Virus record (IMG/VR): IMGVR_UViG_2926558313_000004
Span: 1 to 64,000 of that record
Origin: a virus
Lineage: Duplodnaviria > Caudoviricetes
DNA: 64,000 bases
Direction: 5' to 3' (one strand)
The position numbers and the translations under genes were made by a program. The first letter of the stretch is position 1, and each line of letters starts with the position of its first letter. Positions 19,480-32,183 of the stretch are shown piece after piece. Under the pieces are notes generated by a model. The model did no database searches. It was not told where the DNA came from and worked only from the letters and a program-made list of their open reading frames with translations.

Positions 19480-20070
19480 TTACTTTCGGTAGTGATTACT
19501 TTTCCTTTTTATTCCTGTTTTATAATCTGATGATTTGGTTGACATCTCATATTTTTTGCACCATTTTCTAATTGTGTTACTTGATACTTCCAGTAATCGT
19601 CCAACTTCTTCAAACGTATTATGTATCAATAAATTATGTAGTTCTTCCTTTTCTATAATTGAGGACTTGCTAATATGTTTTAACTCCTGACGGAAGCACT
19701 CTTTAGAGCAGTATATTCTATTTTCCTTAGTTGAGTTAATAGGAGATCCACAATGCTTGCATAATTTAAATCTAAGTAGCTCACATCTAAAAGTGCCATC
19801 TCCGTTATAAATCAGCTCATAAGGTAATCCACAATGTAAAATTCTATGATCTGACCCTGAACTCAAAACAAGAAGGTTTTCAATATTATTATTATTTCTG
19901 TTTCCATCTATATGATGAACAACTTCAGTTTGCGATAAATCTCTTCCTATTATTTTTGATGCTATGTATCTATGCTCGTATATATAGCCTTTCCAGTTCT
20001 CACTTTTCATTGCCATTTTTGATTTAGGCATATAAATTAGTTTGTATCCATTTATAAACCTATCTTCCAA
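19480..20070 (-). CDS. free-standing HNH homing endonuclease with Zn ribbon and HTH
   Basis: YEHR...VHHIDGNRNNNNIENL...H; CKHC...YCSKEC; C-terminal HTH. Confidence 0.88.
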   Translation of the reverse strand: MEDRFINGYKLIYMPKSKMAMKSENWKGYIYEHRYIASKIIGRDLSQTEVVHHIDGNRNNNNIENLLVLSSGSDHRILHCGLPYELIYNGDGTFRCELLRFKLCKHCGSPINSTKENRIYCSKECFRQELKHISKSSIIEKEELHNLLIHNTFEEVGRLLEVSSNTIRKWCKKYEMSTKSSDYKTGIKRKSNHYRK

Positions 20071-20242
20071 TATTTAAATTCCCCCTTCAATCATTCAATC
20101 CTTTAGCTGAATTAACTACTGTTACAATTTCATGGAATAATCCTGATTCATTATACGCAAACTCTCCAGCTTCATACGCTTCTTTAGGTGTACTAAATGT
20201 CTCCATCAACATTATCTAATTTAATTCCATATTTCATCTTAA

Positions 20243-20533
20243 TCATTCTCCTTTATTGTTTTCTCTAATCTCTTTCCACTCTTTATCTGTAATAATTTCT
20301 CCTGTGTACTTGTCAGCTAATTCTTCGTCGATAAGCACTTTCTTCTCATAATCAAATTCAACTTCTTTGCTGGCAAGGTCAATTAATTTGAATGCTTTAT
20401 CGACAAGCCATTGTTTCATATATTCCTTATCATCTGCTTGCTCTTTTGTCACCAACCCCATAAGATCATTGCAACTAATATTAAAACTTACGCTACCTTG
20501 CACAAAAACTCTCTCAACTTTATTTCCACTCAT
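20243..20533 (-). CDS. hypothetical phage protein
   Basis: ORF with RBS, downstream of a strong promoter. Confidence 0.6.
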   Translation of the reverse strand: MSGNKVERVFVQGSVSFNISCNDLMGLVTKEQADDKEYMKQWLVDKAFKLIDLASKEVEFDYEKKVLIDEELADKYTGEIITDKEWKEIRENNKGE

Positions 20534-20611
20534 AACTCCACCTCTATTTATGTATATTATTTAATTAAATTTATTTAATTTGTATTGTGATAATTTCTTA
20601 TTACAATTACT

Positions 20612-20640
20612 ATAATACAACACATTAAATTTAAAGTCAA
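20612..20640 (-). promoter_or_regulatory. sigmaA promoter
   Basis: TTGACT-N17-TATTAT, with AT-rich operator-like repeat upstream. Confidence 0.7.
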
Positions 20641-20663
20641 CTATATAATTTAATTTATTTTAT

Positions 20664-22589
20664 TTAATTAATTAGCTCAATAAACGTTTCTTCATCAATT
20701 ATTTTTACACCTAAATCTTTTGCTTTTTTATTCTTTCCGCTTGTTGAGTTAATATCATTATTAATTAAAAAATCTGTCTTTGCACTAATTGAACTGGACA
20801 CTTTCCCACCCAGACTTTCAATCTTAGCTTGTAGCTCTTTTCTATTCTTAAAAATACTAACTGATCCTGTAACTACAAAAATCTTTCCACTAATTGAACT
20901 GTCTTCAATTGCTTCATTAGTTCGATGAAAAGATAAGCCAACTTCATTCAATTCATCATATAGCATTCTATTCTCTTTCTTTTTAAACCACCAAACAATG
21001 CTGTCAGCCACTACATTTCCAATATCACTTAGTTTCATTAAATCATCCTTTGTTGCCGTGGAAAAGTCTGAAACTCTATAATTAGCTGCTAATGTTTTAG
21101 CTGTAGATTTACCTACATTTGGAATACCTAAAGCATAAATAAAATTTTCAAATTTTGTTTGCTTGGAGTCGTCAATTGATTTTATTAATTTATTGTATGA
21201 CTTCTGACCAAAGCCATCTAAGTTAATAATCTGATTAGCGTATTGCTCTAAATAATAAATATCTGGAATTGATTTAATAAATCCTTGATCAATAAATTTA
21301 TTTATTGTTGCTTCTGAAAACCCTTGAATATTCATTGCATCACGAGAAACAAAATGCTCCAATCTCTTACCGATTAACGATGTACATTGTTCATTACTGC
21401 AATATAAAAAACGAGCCTCTTTTGCTGTTTTAATAACTGTAGAAGATCCACAAGCTGGACATTTATCAGGTAGCTCAATTGAATTACTACGTGTTAAATT
21501 GCTCATAATTTGTGGAATAACCATATTTGCACGTCTAACTGTAATTCTATCTCCTACACCTAGCTTCAATTCCTCAAATATATCTACATTATGAAGTGAA
21601 GCACGACTAACCGTTATTCCGTCAATGTCAACAGGTTCAAATAATCCAGTTAATGAAATCATTCCAGTTCTAGTTGTATTAGCTTCTACACCTAAAAACT
21701 TTGTTATATATACTGCATCGTCAAACTTAAAAGCAATTGAATGCCTTGGATATTTAGAAGTGTGACCTAGTGATTTAGCATATTCTATATCATTATAGGT
21801 ACAAACTAAGCCATCAATTGGAATATCCTCTAATTCAGCAATTCCACGAAGTGCTTCAATTGCAAATTCAAGGTTGTCTTTATTAACTTTAATATAAGTA
21901 GCTACTTTAAACCCGTTCAGCGTTAAAAAGTGCAGCTCTTCCTCTCTAGTTTTAAATTTAGAAGTAGAATCCAACAATCCAAAAGCTAAAAATTTAACAT
22001 TTCTATCTTTGCATATTTTACTATCTAGTTGTCTGACTGATCCACTTGCTAAATTACGTGCAGATTTATACTTTTCTTCTTCTTCAAGCTTAGTGTTAAT
22101 CTTCTCGAAATCTTTATATGTAATAATGGACTCTCCTACAACCGATAAATCCTCTGTAACGGATATAGGGATATAATGTAATGTCTTAACATTATGAGTG
22201 ATATTTTCTCCAATATATCCTGAACCACGAGTTGCACCTAATTTAACCTTATTATTTTCATAAACAATACGAGTTGTTAACCCATCACATTTTAAACTAA
22301 GTATACATTCCCGATTACCGACAAATGACTTTAATTCCTCGATTACTTTAGTTTTATCTAATGACAATAAAGGTTCAGGGTGCTCAACTTTATCTAATTT
22401 AGACTTAACTTCATATCCTACATTCTGAGTAGGGGTATTAGAATAGATTATTCCTGTTTCTCTTTCTAATTGTAGCAATTCATCATACAGTTGATCATAT
22501 TCCGAATCATTTAGTGAAGAATCATTTTTATTATAATAAGCATCATTGGCTTCATTAAGTATTTTAATTAATTCCCTTATTTTCTCCAA
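20664..22589 (-). CDS. ligA: NAD-dependent DNA ligase
   Basis: LLSLDK, KCDG adenylation motif, TRGSG..GE, RNLASGS, AFKF, Zn finger, HhH repeats, BRCT. Confidence 0.95.
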   Translation of the reverse strand: MEKIRELIKILNEANDAYYNKNDSSLNDSEYDQLYDELLQLERETGIIYSNTPTQNVGYEVKSKLDKVEHPEPLLSLDKTKVIEELKSFVGNRECILSLKCDGLTTRIVYENNKVKLGATRGSGYIGENITHNVKTLHYIPISVTEDLSVVGESIITYKDFEKINTKLEEEEKYKSARNLASGSVRQLDSKICKDRNVKFLAFGLLDSTSKFKTREEELHFLTLNGFKVATYIKVNKDNLEFAIEALRGIAELEDIPIDGLVCTYNDIEYAKSLGHTSKYPRHSIAFKFDDAVYITKFLGVEANTTRTGMISLTGLFEPVDIDGITVSRASLHNVDIFEELKLGVGDRITVRRANMVIPQIMSNLTRSNSIELPDKCPACGSSTVIKTAKEARFLYCSNEQCTSLIGKRLEHFVSRDAMNIQGFSEATINKFIDQGFIKSIPDIYYLEQYANQIINLDGFGQKSYNKLIKSIDDSKQTKFENFIYALGIPNVGKSTAKTLAANYRVSDFSTATKDDLMKLSDIGNVVADSIVWWFKKKENRMLYDELNEVGLSFHRTNEAIEDSSISGKIFVVTGSVSIFKNRKELQAKIESLGGKVSSSISAKTDFLINNDINSTSGKNKKAKDLGVKIIDEETFIELIN

Positions 22590-22653
22590 TAATTACAGCC
22601 TCCTTCGAATGAACTTACAACGAACCACACTATTAAATATAGTTGTATTATTG

Positions 22654-23391
22654 TTACCATCCAATGCCCTCTTTATTTGACTCGACAAAATATGTTTTAT
22701 AGCCTTCCCCGCTAATCTCAAGACAATTTAATTGAAATCCATAAGCACAAGCTCCGTCAACTCCAATTTTCTTGTCTCCAAAATAGATATCTTCTGTATC
22801 ATGTAGATGTAAGCACGGTGTATGACCGTGCACTACTGTTTTATTTTGCTTGTGGTCTCCATCTAGGAACTCATCACGAATCCAAATAAACTCTTCTCTA
22901 CTTGTTTGCTTCCAGTCTTGCAGCATGGGATTGATCCCTGCATGAACATAGATATGCTTATCATCTTCATGATAGTAAGGTAAGCTTGATAAAAACTCCG
23001 TGTGTTCATTAAATTCTGTCCAAAACATATTAGCCCATTTCACGTATGTATCAAGATACCAAACATCTTCTTCTGCAGTAGGGATGTATGACTTAATTGT
23101 CTCAAAACCCCCATTACGAAAATACCATTCAGTTAACTTTGCAGGTTTTCTAATCCAATCTTGAACCATTTGATCATGATTACCCCTAAGAGCAATAGCT
23201 CCGTATACTTCAACTAACTCCTTAACGAATTCAACGACCTTTTTGCTATCCTTCCCTCTATCAATATAATCACCCAATAAAATCAGTTGATCATTGACTG
23301 AATTATATTTTACTTTTCCTAATAACTTTTTGAATTCATTATAGCAACCATGAATATCGCTAATCACTAATGTACGCTTAATATGTATCAT
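22654..23391 (-). CDS. Ser/Thr protein phosphatase-type metallophosphoesterase
   Basis: SDIHG, GDYIDRG, RGNHD, HAG, GHTP. Confidence 0.9.
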   Translation of the reverse strand: MIHIKRTLVISDIHGCYNEFKKLLGKVKYNSVNDQLILLGDYIDRGKDSKKVVEFVKELVEVYGAIALRGNHDQMVQDWIRKPAKLTEWYFRNGGFETIKSYIPTAEEDVWYLDTYVKWANMFWTEFNEHTEFLSSLPYYHEDDKHIYVHAGINPMLQDWKQTSREEFIWIRDEFLDGDHKQNKTVVHGHTPCLHLHDTEDIYFGDKKIGVDGACAYGFQLNCLEISGEGYKTYFVESNKEGIGW

Positions 23392-24145
23392 CTCCTCAAA
23401 TAGCTATTTTAATTTTCCTTTATTGAACTTGCCCTCAATCTTTCTTATTGAATAGCCAATTATAAACATGAGAATAGTGACTATAAAAACAGGATAATAA
23501 ATTATCCACAATATCTTATTCTTCAGTGTCATATCTTTAAAGCCATTAAATTTTAAAAAGTTTTTTATAATATCTTCGTCTCCAAAGAACATGTTTCACC
23601 TTCTCCCTACTTCTACTTAAAAGCTGTGTTTTATTTTATTTAATTAAATTTACTATCTTATAGAATTTTAATTACCTTAAAAGTAATGCAATCTGGCAAC
23701 CCAATCATTGCTCCGCTTTCTAATCCTCGTTGAAGCTGCTTGAAGCAATCGCTTGCACTCTCCATAGTTAGATTTTCAGGATATTGCATAATAAGTGTAT
23801 CACCATCATAAATTTTAATTTCTGTCTCTTCAATAATATCTCCGTTGACATCAATTAATTGCACTCTGCATTGTTTCATACTATCACTCCTAAATTAATT
23901 TTTTGGATAAAAGGTAATTTTTAATTAATTTTAGAAACTCATATAAAAACTCTCGATCATATTTATTACATCTTGAGGAATTCCCTCATTAAATGTAATT
24001 GTAAAATTACCTTGATCTGTAAAAACATACACTTCAGATAGCTCCTTATTAAAGTCAATCAAAGTGAGGTTTTTATCTTCCAGTACGCTTAAACCATCTA
24101 CAATCATGTCCATAATGTTTCTCATTTCATATCCTCCTATTTTAT

Positions 24146-24418
24146 TCAATCTTCAACTTTCTCATATGTAGCCGCAAAAATATCAGTCTTGCATGGATAA
24201 AATTCCCCTGAAATACCTTTGATGATATAGTCACCATCCCTTACTGTCATTTCGCCCTCTAATGTATGAATATAATAACGTCCATCTTCTGCGGTTTTAT
24301 TACTCCACATTTCAGATAACATTGCCCTATCTTGGATGCCAGGAATATCATTGCTGAATGTCTTCTCATTAAACTTCCATGCTTCAATTACTACTGGTTT
24401 CTTACGATATTTACCCAA
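24146..24418 (-). CDS. conserved phage protein (KYRKKPVVIEA family)
   Basis: KYRKKPVVIEA...TLEG...GDYIIKG..GEFYPCK.DIF. Confidence 0.75.
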   Translation of the reverse strand: MGKYRKKPVVIEAWKFNEKTFSNDIPGIQDRAMLSEMWSNKTAEDGRYYIHTLEGEMTVRDGDYIIKGISGEFYPCKTDIFAATYEKVED

Positions 24419-26616
24419 ATCTAAAGCTCCTTATGTTTTATTTTTCTATGGACACTATGTATGTTTTTTTGTAATTCTCGATGCCTTCCCATCTGAAATT
24501 CTGAATTTCCTCTGTTATTTTAATGCCTTTCACTGTTCTCAACTTTTCGATTACTAATTCTTGCATTTCAATATCCCAACGGAACTTATTTAATGCGATC
24601 CTTTCTCTACCTTTTTTAAGATATTGGGTATTATAGCATCCAATTTTATAATATCCACTTAGATGATCATCGTTAAACCAATCACATATTAAAATATAAA
24701 TTGAATCCTTTGGAAACCTTATTAATTCTCTTTGAATCCCTTTTGCTAGATATGCAACAGCTTCATCTTTAGTGATCGAATTTTTAATTCGCTGATACTT
24801 TTTGTTGTCTCGCTCGGTTAAGTAATTTGCCAATGGCTTCATTAATTCATACCATTTGTTGCGAGCGTTGCGTTTTTTCTGCTGCAACCATAGTTTTAAT
24901 TTAAACATTTAATTCCTCCTTTAAATAATACGAATATTTCATCTAGATTTAACGTTCTTCATAACCTTCACATTCTTTTATTTCATACTCATCATAAAAG
25001 CGGTCTTGAATATCTTTATCATCACTATAGCAATACTCTGCACAACCATAATCATCATTCCCCAAATGCTCATTGCACTCATGCCAAAAATGCTTGCACG
25101 TTGCACATATACTATCTTGGACTTTCATTAATACCCCTCACTTTCCATAAAACAAACATATTAAAGAACTTCTTTTACTTTTTGCAGTAGATTGATTAAC
25201 TCATTGACTTGCGCTTCATCAAAATACATATATTCTTCTGTATTTCCGTTTCGGCTTTCTAATATGTATTGATTAAGTTGTCTTTCCCAACTATCCGAAC
25301 TTGTGATCGTTCCACTTCGCTTAATTGAAAAGTTATCACTGCCGATAATACTCAACATGTCTCATTCTCCTTTCATTTAAAAAAGCATTTCAATTAAACT
25401 ATTCTGACCTCAGTGAGTCTAATAATCTTGGTATTTCTTCAGGTAATATAGGCTTGAAATCTTCGTCGTATTTAATAAATAGTTCGTCAACTTGTTCATC
25501 ATCTAATTCACTATTGCTCTCATATATACCCACTAGCACACAAATATGTTTCATGATAACGTATGATTTTAATCTTGATTCTAGATCTGCTTCACGATTA
25601 CCCCATATCCTATTCCATCTATCATATATTTCTTTAACTTGTTTATTTTCAATCATTCTCCTGCCTCCAATAAAACATTTCATACCATTACTTGGAAGTT
25701 CACATAATGATAATTACTACTTCTGTCACTTACTAAAACCTTTAATTCATTATTCAGTGAATCTAAGACATCGTTATTATTTACATATAAGCTACCAGAA
25801 AAAGTTCCTTGATCATCTTTTATTACTTCATAGATATTATCATCTAGTTTTTCTAAAACTAGATACGCCTGTTCCTTTGCTTTTTTCTCATAATAACTAT
25901 CTAATTTTGGCATATACTAACTCTCCTCAAAATATAATCCAATTTCTTATTAACACTTACCATCCCACTCATTAAATAACTCAATATTACTTTCTAATTT
26001 TTCGTTCCGTTCTCTTTTCTCTTTGAGACTACTTTCATATTTTTCTACGGCATGTTTTGCCATGCCCTTAAAATCATAGCCCCATTCAGGATAAATATAA
26101 TAGCCACTCTTAAACACATTAATAAATTTAATTTTATTCTTACCAAATAAGGTATTAACTTGCTTTTCTTTAAATATTTCTACTAAATAATCCCAACCAT
26201 CATTATAAACATCTACTTTGTATGTGTTCCCATTTTTACTTGTGACAGGATGCTTAGAAAGTTGCACTTATTTCACCTCATAATTTATTTCATTTCTTCA
26301 AAGAGCAAAAAATTGCATTTTATATATCATAATAACCCAAACTATTTTTTAGCTTAAATAAGATTAATTCATATTCATCAATCTTTTTACTTATTCTAGT
26401 ATTCATTTCTTCCGCTACTCTCGAAGAGAATCTAACTGTTGGCTCTTTAATTTTTTCTCTTTTCATATCAATTTCCTCATATAAAATTTTTATTAAAACT
26501 TCCTTTTCGGTATCAGTTAATTTCTCTAAATTCATTCTTACACTCCCTTAACATTCCTCAATTAACTTCAAAATCCTAATGATTATCATCTCGTTATCTT
26601 CTAATATTAAAGTGAG

Positions 26617-27459
26617 GTGAATTATATGTTTGTATCTCCCATGCTTCTACATTCAATTAAGGAGCCACTATTAGAAGATAATGACTATATTACTGAGCTA
26701 AAACTAGATGGAATACGTCTAATTATGAGCAAGTTTAATAATAAAACTAAGCTATATACACGCCATAATAACGAAGTAACTTCACTATTTCCTGAGCTGC
26801 TGCAGTTTGATATTCCTGATGGAACTGTACTCGATGGTGAATTAATCGCATTAGATGATTCCGGTAAGCCAGATTTTGAATTAATGATGAGTAGATTCAA
26901 GTCCAAAAAGTTAATTAGTCAAGTAAACATACAGTTTGCAGTATTTGATATTATCTATTACGACAATGAAAAGATTGCTCATTTACCTTTGCTTGATCGC
27001 AAGCAATATGTACAAAAAGCTATTTCTACTGATCAACAAATAATAATTGAGACTCAATATATACAAGGAAATTCAGCGGCTTATTTTGAAGCTGTTAAGC
27101 AACAAGATCTCGAAGGTATTGTAGTCAAAAGTATTAATTCAAAGTATCAAATTAATAAAAGAAGTCATGACTGGCTGAAGTTAATTAATTATAAATATCA
27201 AAACGTTTATGTAGCTGGATTGCGTAAAGGTGAGTTCGGAGTGGCATTATCTGATAATGAAGGTAAATATCTTGGTGTGATGGAATTTATGCCACCTCAA
27301 GCTCGAAAGTATCTATATAAAACTTTTGGTGATCATGTTACAAATGAGACTGACAAATTTATTTATTTAGAGCCTTATTTGAAATGCAAAGTTAAATATC
27401 GCAATTTAACTAAAAACAACTTATTGAGGATTTCTTCATTTGTAGAGTGGGTTAGCTAA
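26617..27459 (+). CDS. ligB: ATP-dependent DNA ligase (SPbeta LigB-like)
   Basis: SPML, ELKLDG, LDGE, VFD, EGIVVK, RSHDWLK. Confidence 0.9.
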   Translation: MNYMFVSPMLLHSIKEPLLEDNDYITELKLDGIRLIMSKFNNKTKLYTRHNNEVTSLFPELLQFDIPDGTVLDGELIALDDSGKPDFELMMSRFKSKKLISQVNIQFAVFDIIYYDNEKIAHLPLLDRKQYVQKAISTDQQIIIETQYIQGNSAAYFEAVKQQDLEGIVVKSINSKYQINKRSHDWLKLINYKYQNVYVAGLRKGEFGVALSDNEGKYLGVMEFMPPQARKYLYKTFGDHVTNETDKFIYLEPYLKCKVKYRNLTKNNLLRISSFVEWVS

Positions 27460-27473
27460 CCCACTCTTTTTTC
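27444..27473 (+). terminator. Intrinsic terminator of ligB
   Basis: Perfect 24-bp palindrome AGAGTGGGTTAGCTAACCCACTCT followed by a T-run. Confidence 0.8.
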
Positions 27474-27509
27474 ATTCAAATATTAGTTCTAATTTAATTT
27501 ATAAACCTG

Positions 27510-28055
27510 CTATCTAACAAATTCAACAAACTCGCTTCCTCTTTCGGAAAATTCCTTAATCATAGCGCACACCAACCCAAATGACATTCCCGAATGACCC
27601 TGATTATCAATCGCTACCTTTGCTTCTTCAAAAGTTCCATTGTTGTTGAGGATTTCTACTATCTCTAAACAAGCACCTAATTCCATACCTTGATATAAGT
27701 CACTCAATCTAATTGGAACAATCTCATCCCAAAAGTCTAGCTTGTCCTCAGCGATAATTCCTCTAGCTTTTTCCATCCAAACTTTTGATTGCTCTGGAAT
27801 GTTTTCTCTATGTTCTTTTTTACGTCTATCATAATCTTCTTGCCATTCTTGTTGTTGCTTGTCAAATTCTGCTTTCGTCTTACCAGTGATTCCTTTGTAG
27901 GCACTATCCATAGTCACTGTGTCAGAATATAACATGACACCGTTAAAATCACCGCAAACTAACTCTCCTTTTTCTCTGTATCCCATTAATTCATTAACAG
28001 CATCTTCAATAGTATTCCCTGCAAAAAACCCAATTTCTTTGTAATTCTTATCCAT
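27510..28055 (-). CDS. conserved hypothetical phage protein
   Basis: 181-aa ORF with GGAGG RBS; QGHSGMS motif. Confidence 0.7.
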   Translation of the reverse strand: MDKNYKEIGFFAGNTIEDAVNELMGYREKGELVCGDFNGVMLYSDTVTMDSAYKGITGKTKAEFDKQQQEWQEDYDRRKKEHRENIPEQSKVWMEKARGIIAEDKLDFWDEIVPIRLSDLYQGMELGACLEIVEILNNNGTFEEAKVAIDNQGHSGMSFGLVCAMIKEFSERGSEFVEFVR

Positions 28056-29545
28056 TTCTTACTCCTCCGCTTCTAATTAAAAGATTAGTTTTAAAATAAA
28101 TGTTTAAAGCTTACCCAGTGCGATATTCTACTATTATTAACAGGTTCAATTAACATTTTTTTGTTGCCTAAATCAATATCTATAATAGTTACTTCAATAC
28201 CTTTGTAATCGAATTCTTTTCCGTTTAATTCCCACATGATATCTGATAATTGACTTTCTAGGTTGCTAATTTGCTCATTCAATTCATTTGCCATTTTTAA
28301 TAATTTCATTTATTTACTCCTTTATATTAAGTTAAAATCGCTCTTTTAAACAACCTTCCCATATCTCTGCTCAACAACTTCATCAATCCACTTTCTAACA
28401 GTAGACCAAGTTGAACCAATTTCATTACTCATTGACAAAATACTACCACCATTCAAATATCTGTCTGTTAGTAGTTCTTTAAATGCCTGATTGACAGCTC
28501 TTCCTGATTTATTGTTGTTCTTAATGCTTTCAATGAGCTTTAATGTTTCCGCTCTATCGTAGCCTCTCATTTCACAAATTTTATGTAGTTGTTCTCCGTT
28601 GCGATAATCGCTGATGAAAGTATTGATATTCATACAAAACACCTCTAATTTAATCAACTTTATGTTATATCACTTCCAACGTGTCCCACTTCAACCAAAT
28701 ATATATTCAATTTTAATTGGAATTTTCACAGTATCTTTTGAACCTGTAAAATGTTTTACTGGTACCCCAAATTCAGTTTCTAATGTCATATTTCCAATCC
28801 TATATCTAATATCTTTTAGCTTCTTAATATCATCATTTGACAATTTATTTCTTTCTACTATCTTCTTGTTTATCAATGTCAAAAGTACGTCCTCAATCAA
28901 TGAATCAGTAAAGTAAAAAGTTCCATCATGCTTTAGAGAGCGACTAAATTCTAACGCATTATTTTTTGTCAGGTTAGAATCATATACGATATAATCTGCC
29001 TTGCCAAAGATTCCATTTTTTTCTAAAATAAAATTAATTCTATCCATTGGATTGAAGGTCGTTGATCTCATTTCGACTCACTCCTTTAAAATTTCTACTT
29101 TAAACAATCTACCATTTAACAGTGTTCTTAGTCTTCTTCATGTTTAAAGAATCATAGGTCTTTTTGGCATATAATACTGCTCTCATCCAACATAAAGGAT
29201 TATTCATAATCATTCCTTTATGTTGAAATTGAATTATTGAAGCACCAAATTTAGAGCCATCTCTCATATCCCACAATGCAAAATTCGCTATTGTTTTACC
29301 ATGATACCCCTGAATTTCCCATCTACACTTATCAAATTCTTTTTTAAACTTTTTAAACGTTGCATAACCATACTCTTCTGGTTGCTCCTTTACCATTGAA
29401 ATATGTACTGACCAACTTATTATTGATACGATCAGAGCTACTGAAAATACCACACTTATAAAAAACATAGTTTACACCTCGTTTTTATTTAGCTTAATTC
29501 ATTTGTTCACATATAATTCTAAATACTCCTTTTAGTCAATCAATA

Positions 29546-29800
29546 TTAAAGATATTTATTTTTATATTCTTCTTCTAGCTCCATCATCTTTACTTTGAGC
29601 GACGAATCTCGCTTCAATTCTTCCCACAATTTCCTATAATCCACAATCTTGTACGGTTTTAAAGTAACTTCTTTATTTTCTGAATCAACAAATATTTCGA
29701 CTGGATCTCCTTCTTGAAATCCTAAGATTCTTCTTATTTCCTTTGGGATTGCAACTCTTCCCAAATCATCAATTCTTCTTACGACACCTACCTGTCTCAA
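29546..29800 (-). CDS. AbrB/SpoVT-family transcription regulator
   Basis: GVVRRIDDLGRVAIPKEIRR. Confidence 0.9.
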   Translation of the reverse strand: MRQVGVVRRIDDLGRVAIPKEIRRILGFQEGDPVEIFVDSENKEVTLKPYKIVDYRKLWEELKRDSSLKVKMMELEEEYKNKYL

Positions 29801-30946
29801 ACGAATTCAACCCTCTCTGAAAATGTTGTTTTAAATAGAATTTCGGCTATTCTTTTTCGATTTTCATGTCAATTTTTCCGGTTCCGTTCATATCAACCTT
29901 TATATTAAAAAATTCTTCGTCTTCTGTTGGTGTTGGTAATACAGCATTTAGTACATTAGTCAAATTAATCATCATTCGTACATTGTCATAATCATCTTGT
30001 GTCAGTAAATTACCTCCACATTTAGGACAAGGTTTATTAAGCCATTCTGAATATTCTTCTACCTTGACCGAATCATCATTATAATCACAATCTTTTGTGT
30101 CGCATTTAATACCAGTGATATTTAATCTAATTGCTTGATCCACTTAATCCCCCCCTGTATCAAAGAAGAATTAGATAGATAATCAATATTTATCTCTTCT
30201 TATTTGATTATTTTTATATTATTGTGTCTTATTCTGCTTATTTATTAAAATAATGAACCTCTACACCATGTTTACAAACGACTTCGTAATCTCCTTTAGT
30301 ATCTTCATCAATTAAAACTGGTAAAGCTGAGGATAAGCCACTAAAAAATTGACTAAGTTCCTCTGGACTTAATGTTGTTTTGTTTGGAAATTTGATACTT
30401 TCACTTTTACCGCACATTTCGTTGATCTTTGCTGATGTGAACTTAAGTAATACAGCTTCACCAACTTTTCCATGATTATTCATAATTATCACTCTTTCTA
30501 AATTGTTATTTTATTTATTTTTATTAAGTCCGAGCCATTTTATATTGTTGCTTCTTTTCACTCTTGTGTTGTTCTCACTATTTACTATTTTTTAATGCAC
30601 TTCCATTTTTAATTCTATTTTCATTCTATGTCCTCCCACTGACATTCATACCCATGTGAATAAAAATCACCTAGCCCCGAACTATCAATAACTACTCTCT
30701 TCGCATAAGCCGGATGTCTAATGTAAATTTGCGTTCCATGATCTTCTTCTACGGAATCTTCATGGATGCCAACACATTCAACAAAATAACTTAGCGATTG
30801 AATATTATCCATATCAAACCCTTCAGTGTAATCGATTATGTGATAGCTCATGCTACCACTATTCCTTTCTACATCATTAAATAACTCGTCTGGATCGCTT
30901 GGAATAGCATATTCTTGACGTGACATGATTGACTTCCCTTCTGTAA

Positions 30947-31876
30947 TTACTTTTCTTTAAACAAGCCATCAATAAATCCATTTAGTAATTCCTCATCAAA
31001 CTCACTTCCTGCAGCTCGTGAATGTCCACCACCACCAAACTTGGCAGTTACTTCTTTTCCTAGATCGATATCCTCATTAATTCCTCGATAACTAATTTTT
31101 CTTTGCTGTGGATTGATAATTACAATGAAGTCATATTGAGGGTTTTTCTTAGCAAGCTCATTGCCAAGTTGTGAGGTGTATTGTTCTGCAAATACAACAC
31201 CAGCATTATATCCAAGGACATTAGTTTGCATTACATTCTCGCTTGCCATTTCAATATATTTATTAATTTTATTTTGTTCCATTTTTAAAACCTGTTCTTC
31301 ATTTTTCGTGAAATCAACCGAAATGTTGTTTGAAAAACGATTAAAAAATAAATCTCTACCTAAGATAAAAAATAAATCATTGAGTTGTTTAGCATGAATG
31401 TCATTATATTTTGTAGACCACTCCCAAGAATCATAACGCCTTACTTTTTCTACATAATTTGACAGTTCAAAATCATAACAATCATACTTTTCACAAAGAT
31501 AATCAAATAACATCGAAGTTCCACTTGATTTTACATTAGTATAGCTATCTTCAGAGATAATTTGTGTTTCCATATCGTCAACTGTTGCCCACTTGTACTC
31601 ATTTAACCATTCTGCCGTAGCGTGATGATCCAATAAGACAGTTTTATCTGCTATGTATTGGTTAATTTCTTTAGCTACATGTTCGTTAACTGAAATGTCG
31701 GTGATTAAAATTAAATCATATAGAAGATATGCTTTCTCAGCAATAAACTCACTCACTTTATTATCGATATCATCATAGTTACAATATGTGATATCCAAGT
31801 CATTAAATTGGTAAGAAGCTACGATTCCACAAGATACTCCATCTAAATCGGTATGGGTAAATAATTTAACTTTCAT
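30947..31876 (-). CDS. DHH/DHHA1 phosphoesterase (NrnB-like)
   Basis: THTDLDG, ITD, LDHH, GGGGH..AAG. Confidence 0.9.
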   Translation of the reverse strand: MKVKLFTHTDLDGVSCGIVASYQFNDLDITYCNYDDIDNKVSEFIAEKAYLLYDLILITDISVNEHVAKEINQYIADKTVLLDHHATAEWLNEYKWATVDDMETQIISEDSYTNVKSSGTSMLFDYLCEKYDCYDFELSNYVEKVRRYDSWEWSTKYNDIHAKQLNDLFFILGRDLFFNRFSNNISVDFTKNEEQVLKMEQNKINKYIEMASENVMQTNVLGYNAGVVFAEQYTSQLGNELAKKNPQYDFIVIINPQQRKISYRGINEDIDLGKEVTAKFGGGGHSRAAGSEFDEELLNGFIDGLFKEK

Positions 31877-32183
31877 AATCTATTCCTCCTTTTACTATTT
31901 AACTTATAATCATAGTACCATAACATTCAATGAATGTATATAATTATTTTTATTTTATTTATTTAAAAGTCACCTTTTATTAAATGGTCTTTACTATCAC
32001 AATAAATTTCTTCAGCCCAATGCTCGATGGAATACTCTGTAACTTGATTTGGATACTTCTTTATTAAAGTTATCAAACTTGAATCGTAAACCATTTTCTC
32101 AGCCTGTCGTTTAGGCACACCGAACATTTCTTGAATATCTAATACAACACAATCTATAAACTTGCTTACGCTTTCTTGTTGCT

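Noticed and set aside
20090-20237. Programmed frameshift in a tiny ORF (MKYGIKLDNV / LMETFSTPKEAY...)
   Set aside because: No slippery site evident; more likely decay or a sequencing error
19380-20240. Group I intron around the HNH gene
   Set aside because: No interrupted host gene or recognisable P7 core found; treated as a free-standing HNH
8728-22589. Inteins in DnaE, DnaB or LigA
   Set aside because: Lengths are normal and no C...HN splice motifs or LAGLIDADG blocks were seen
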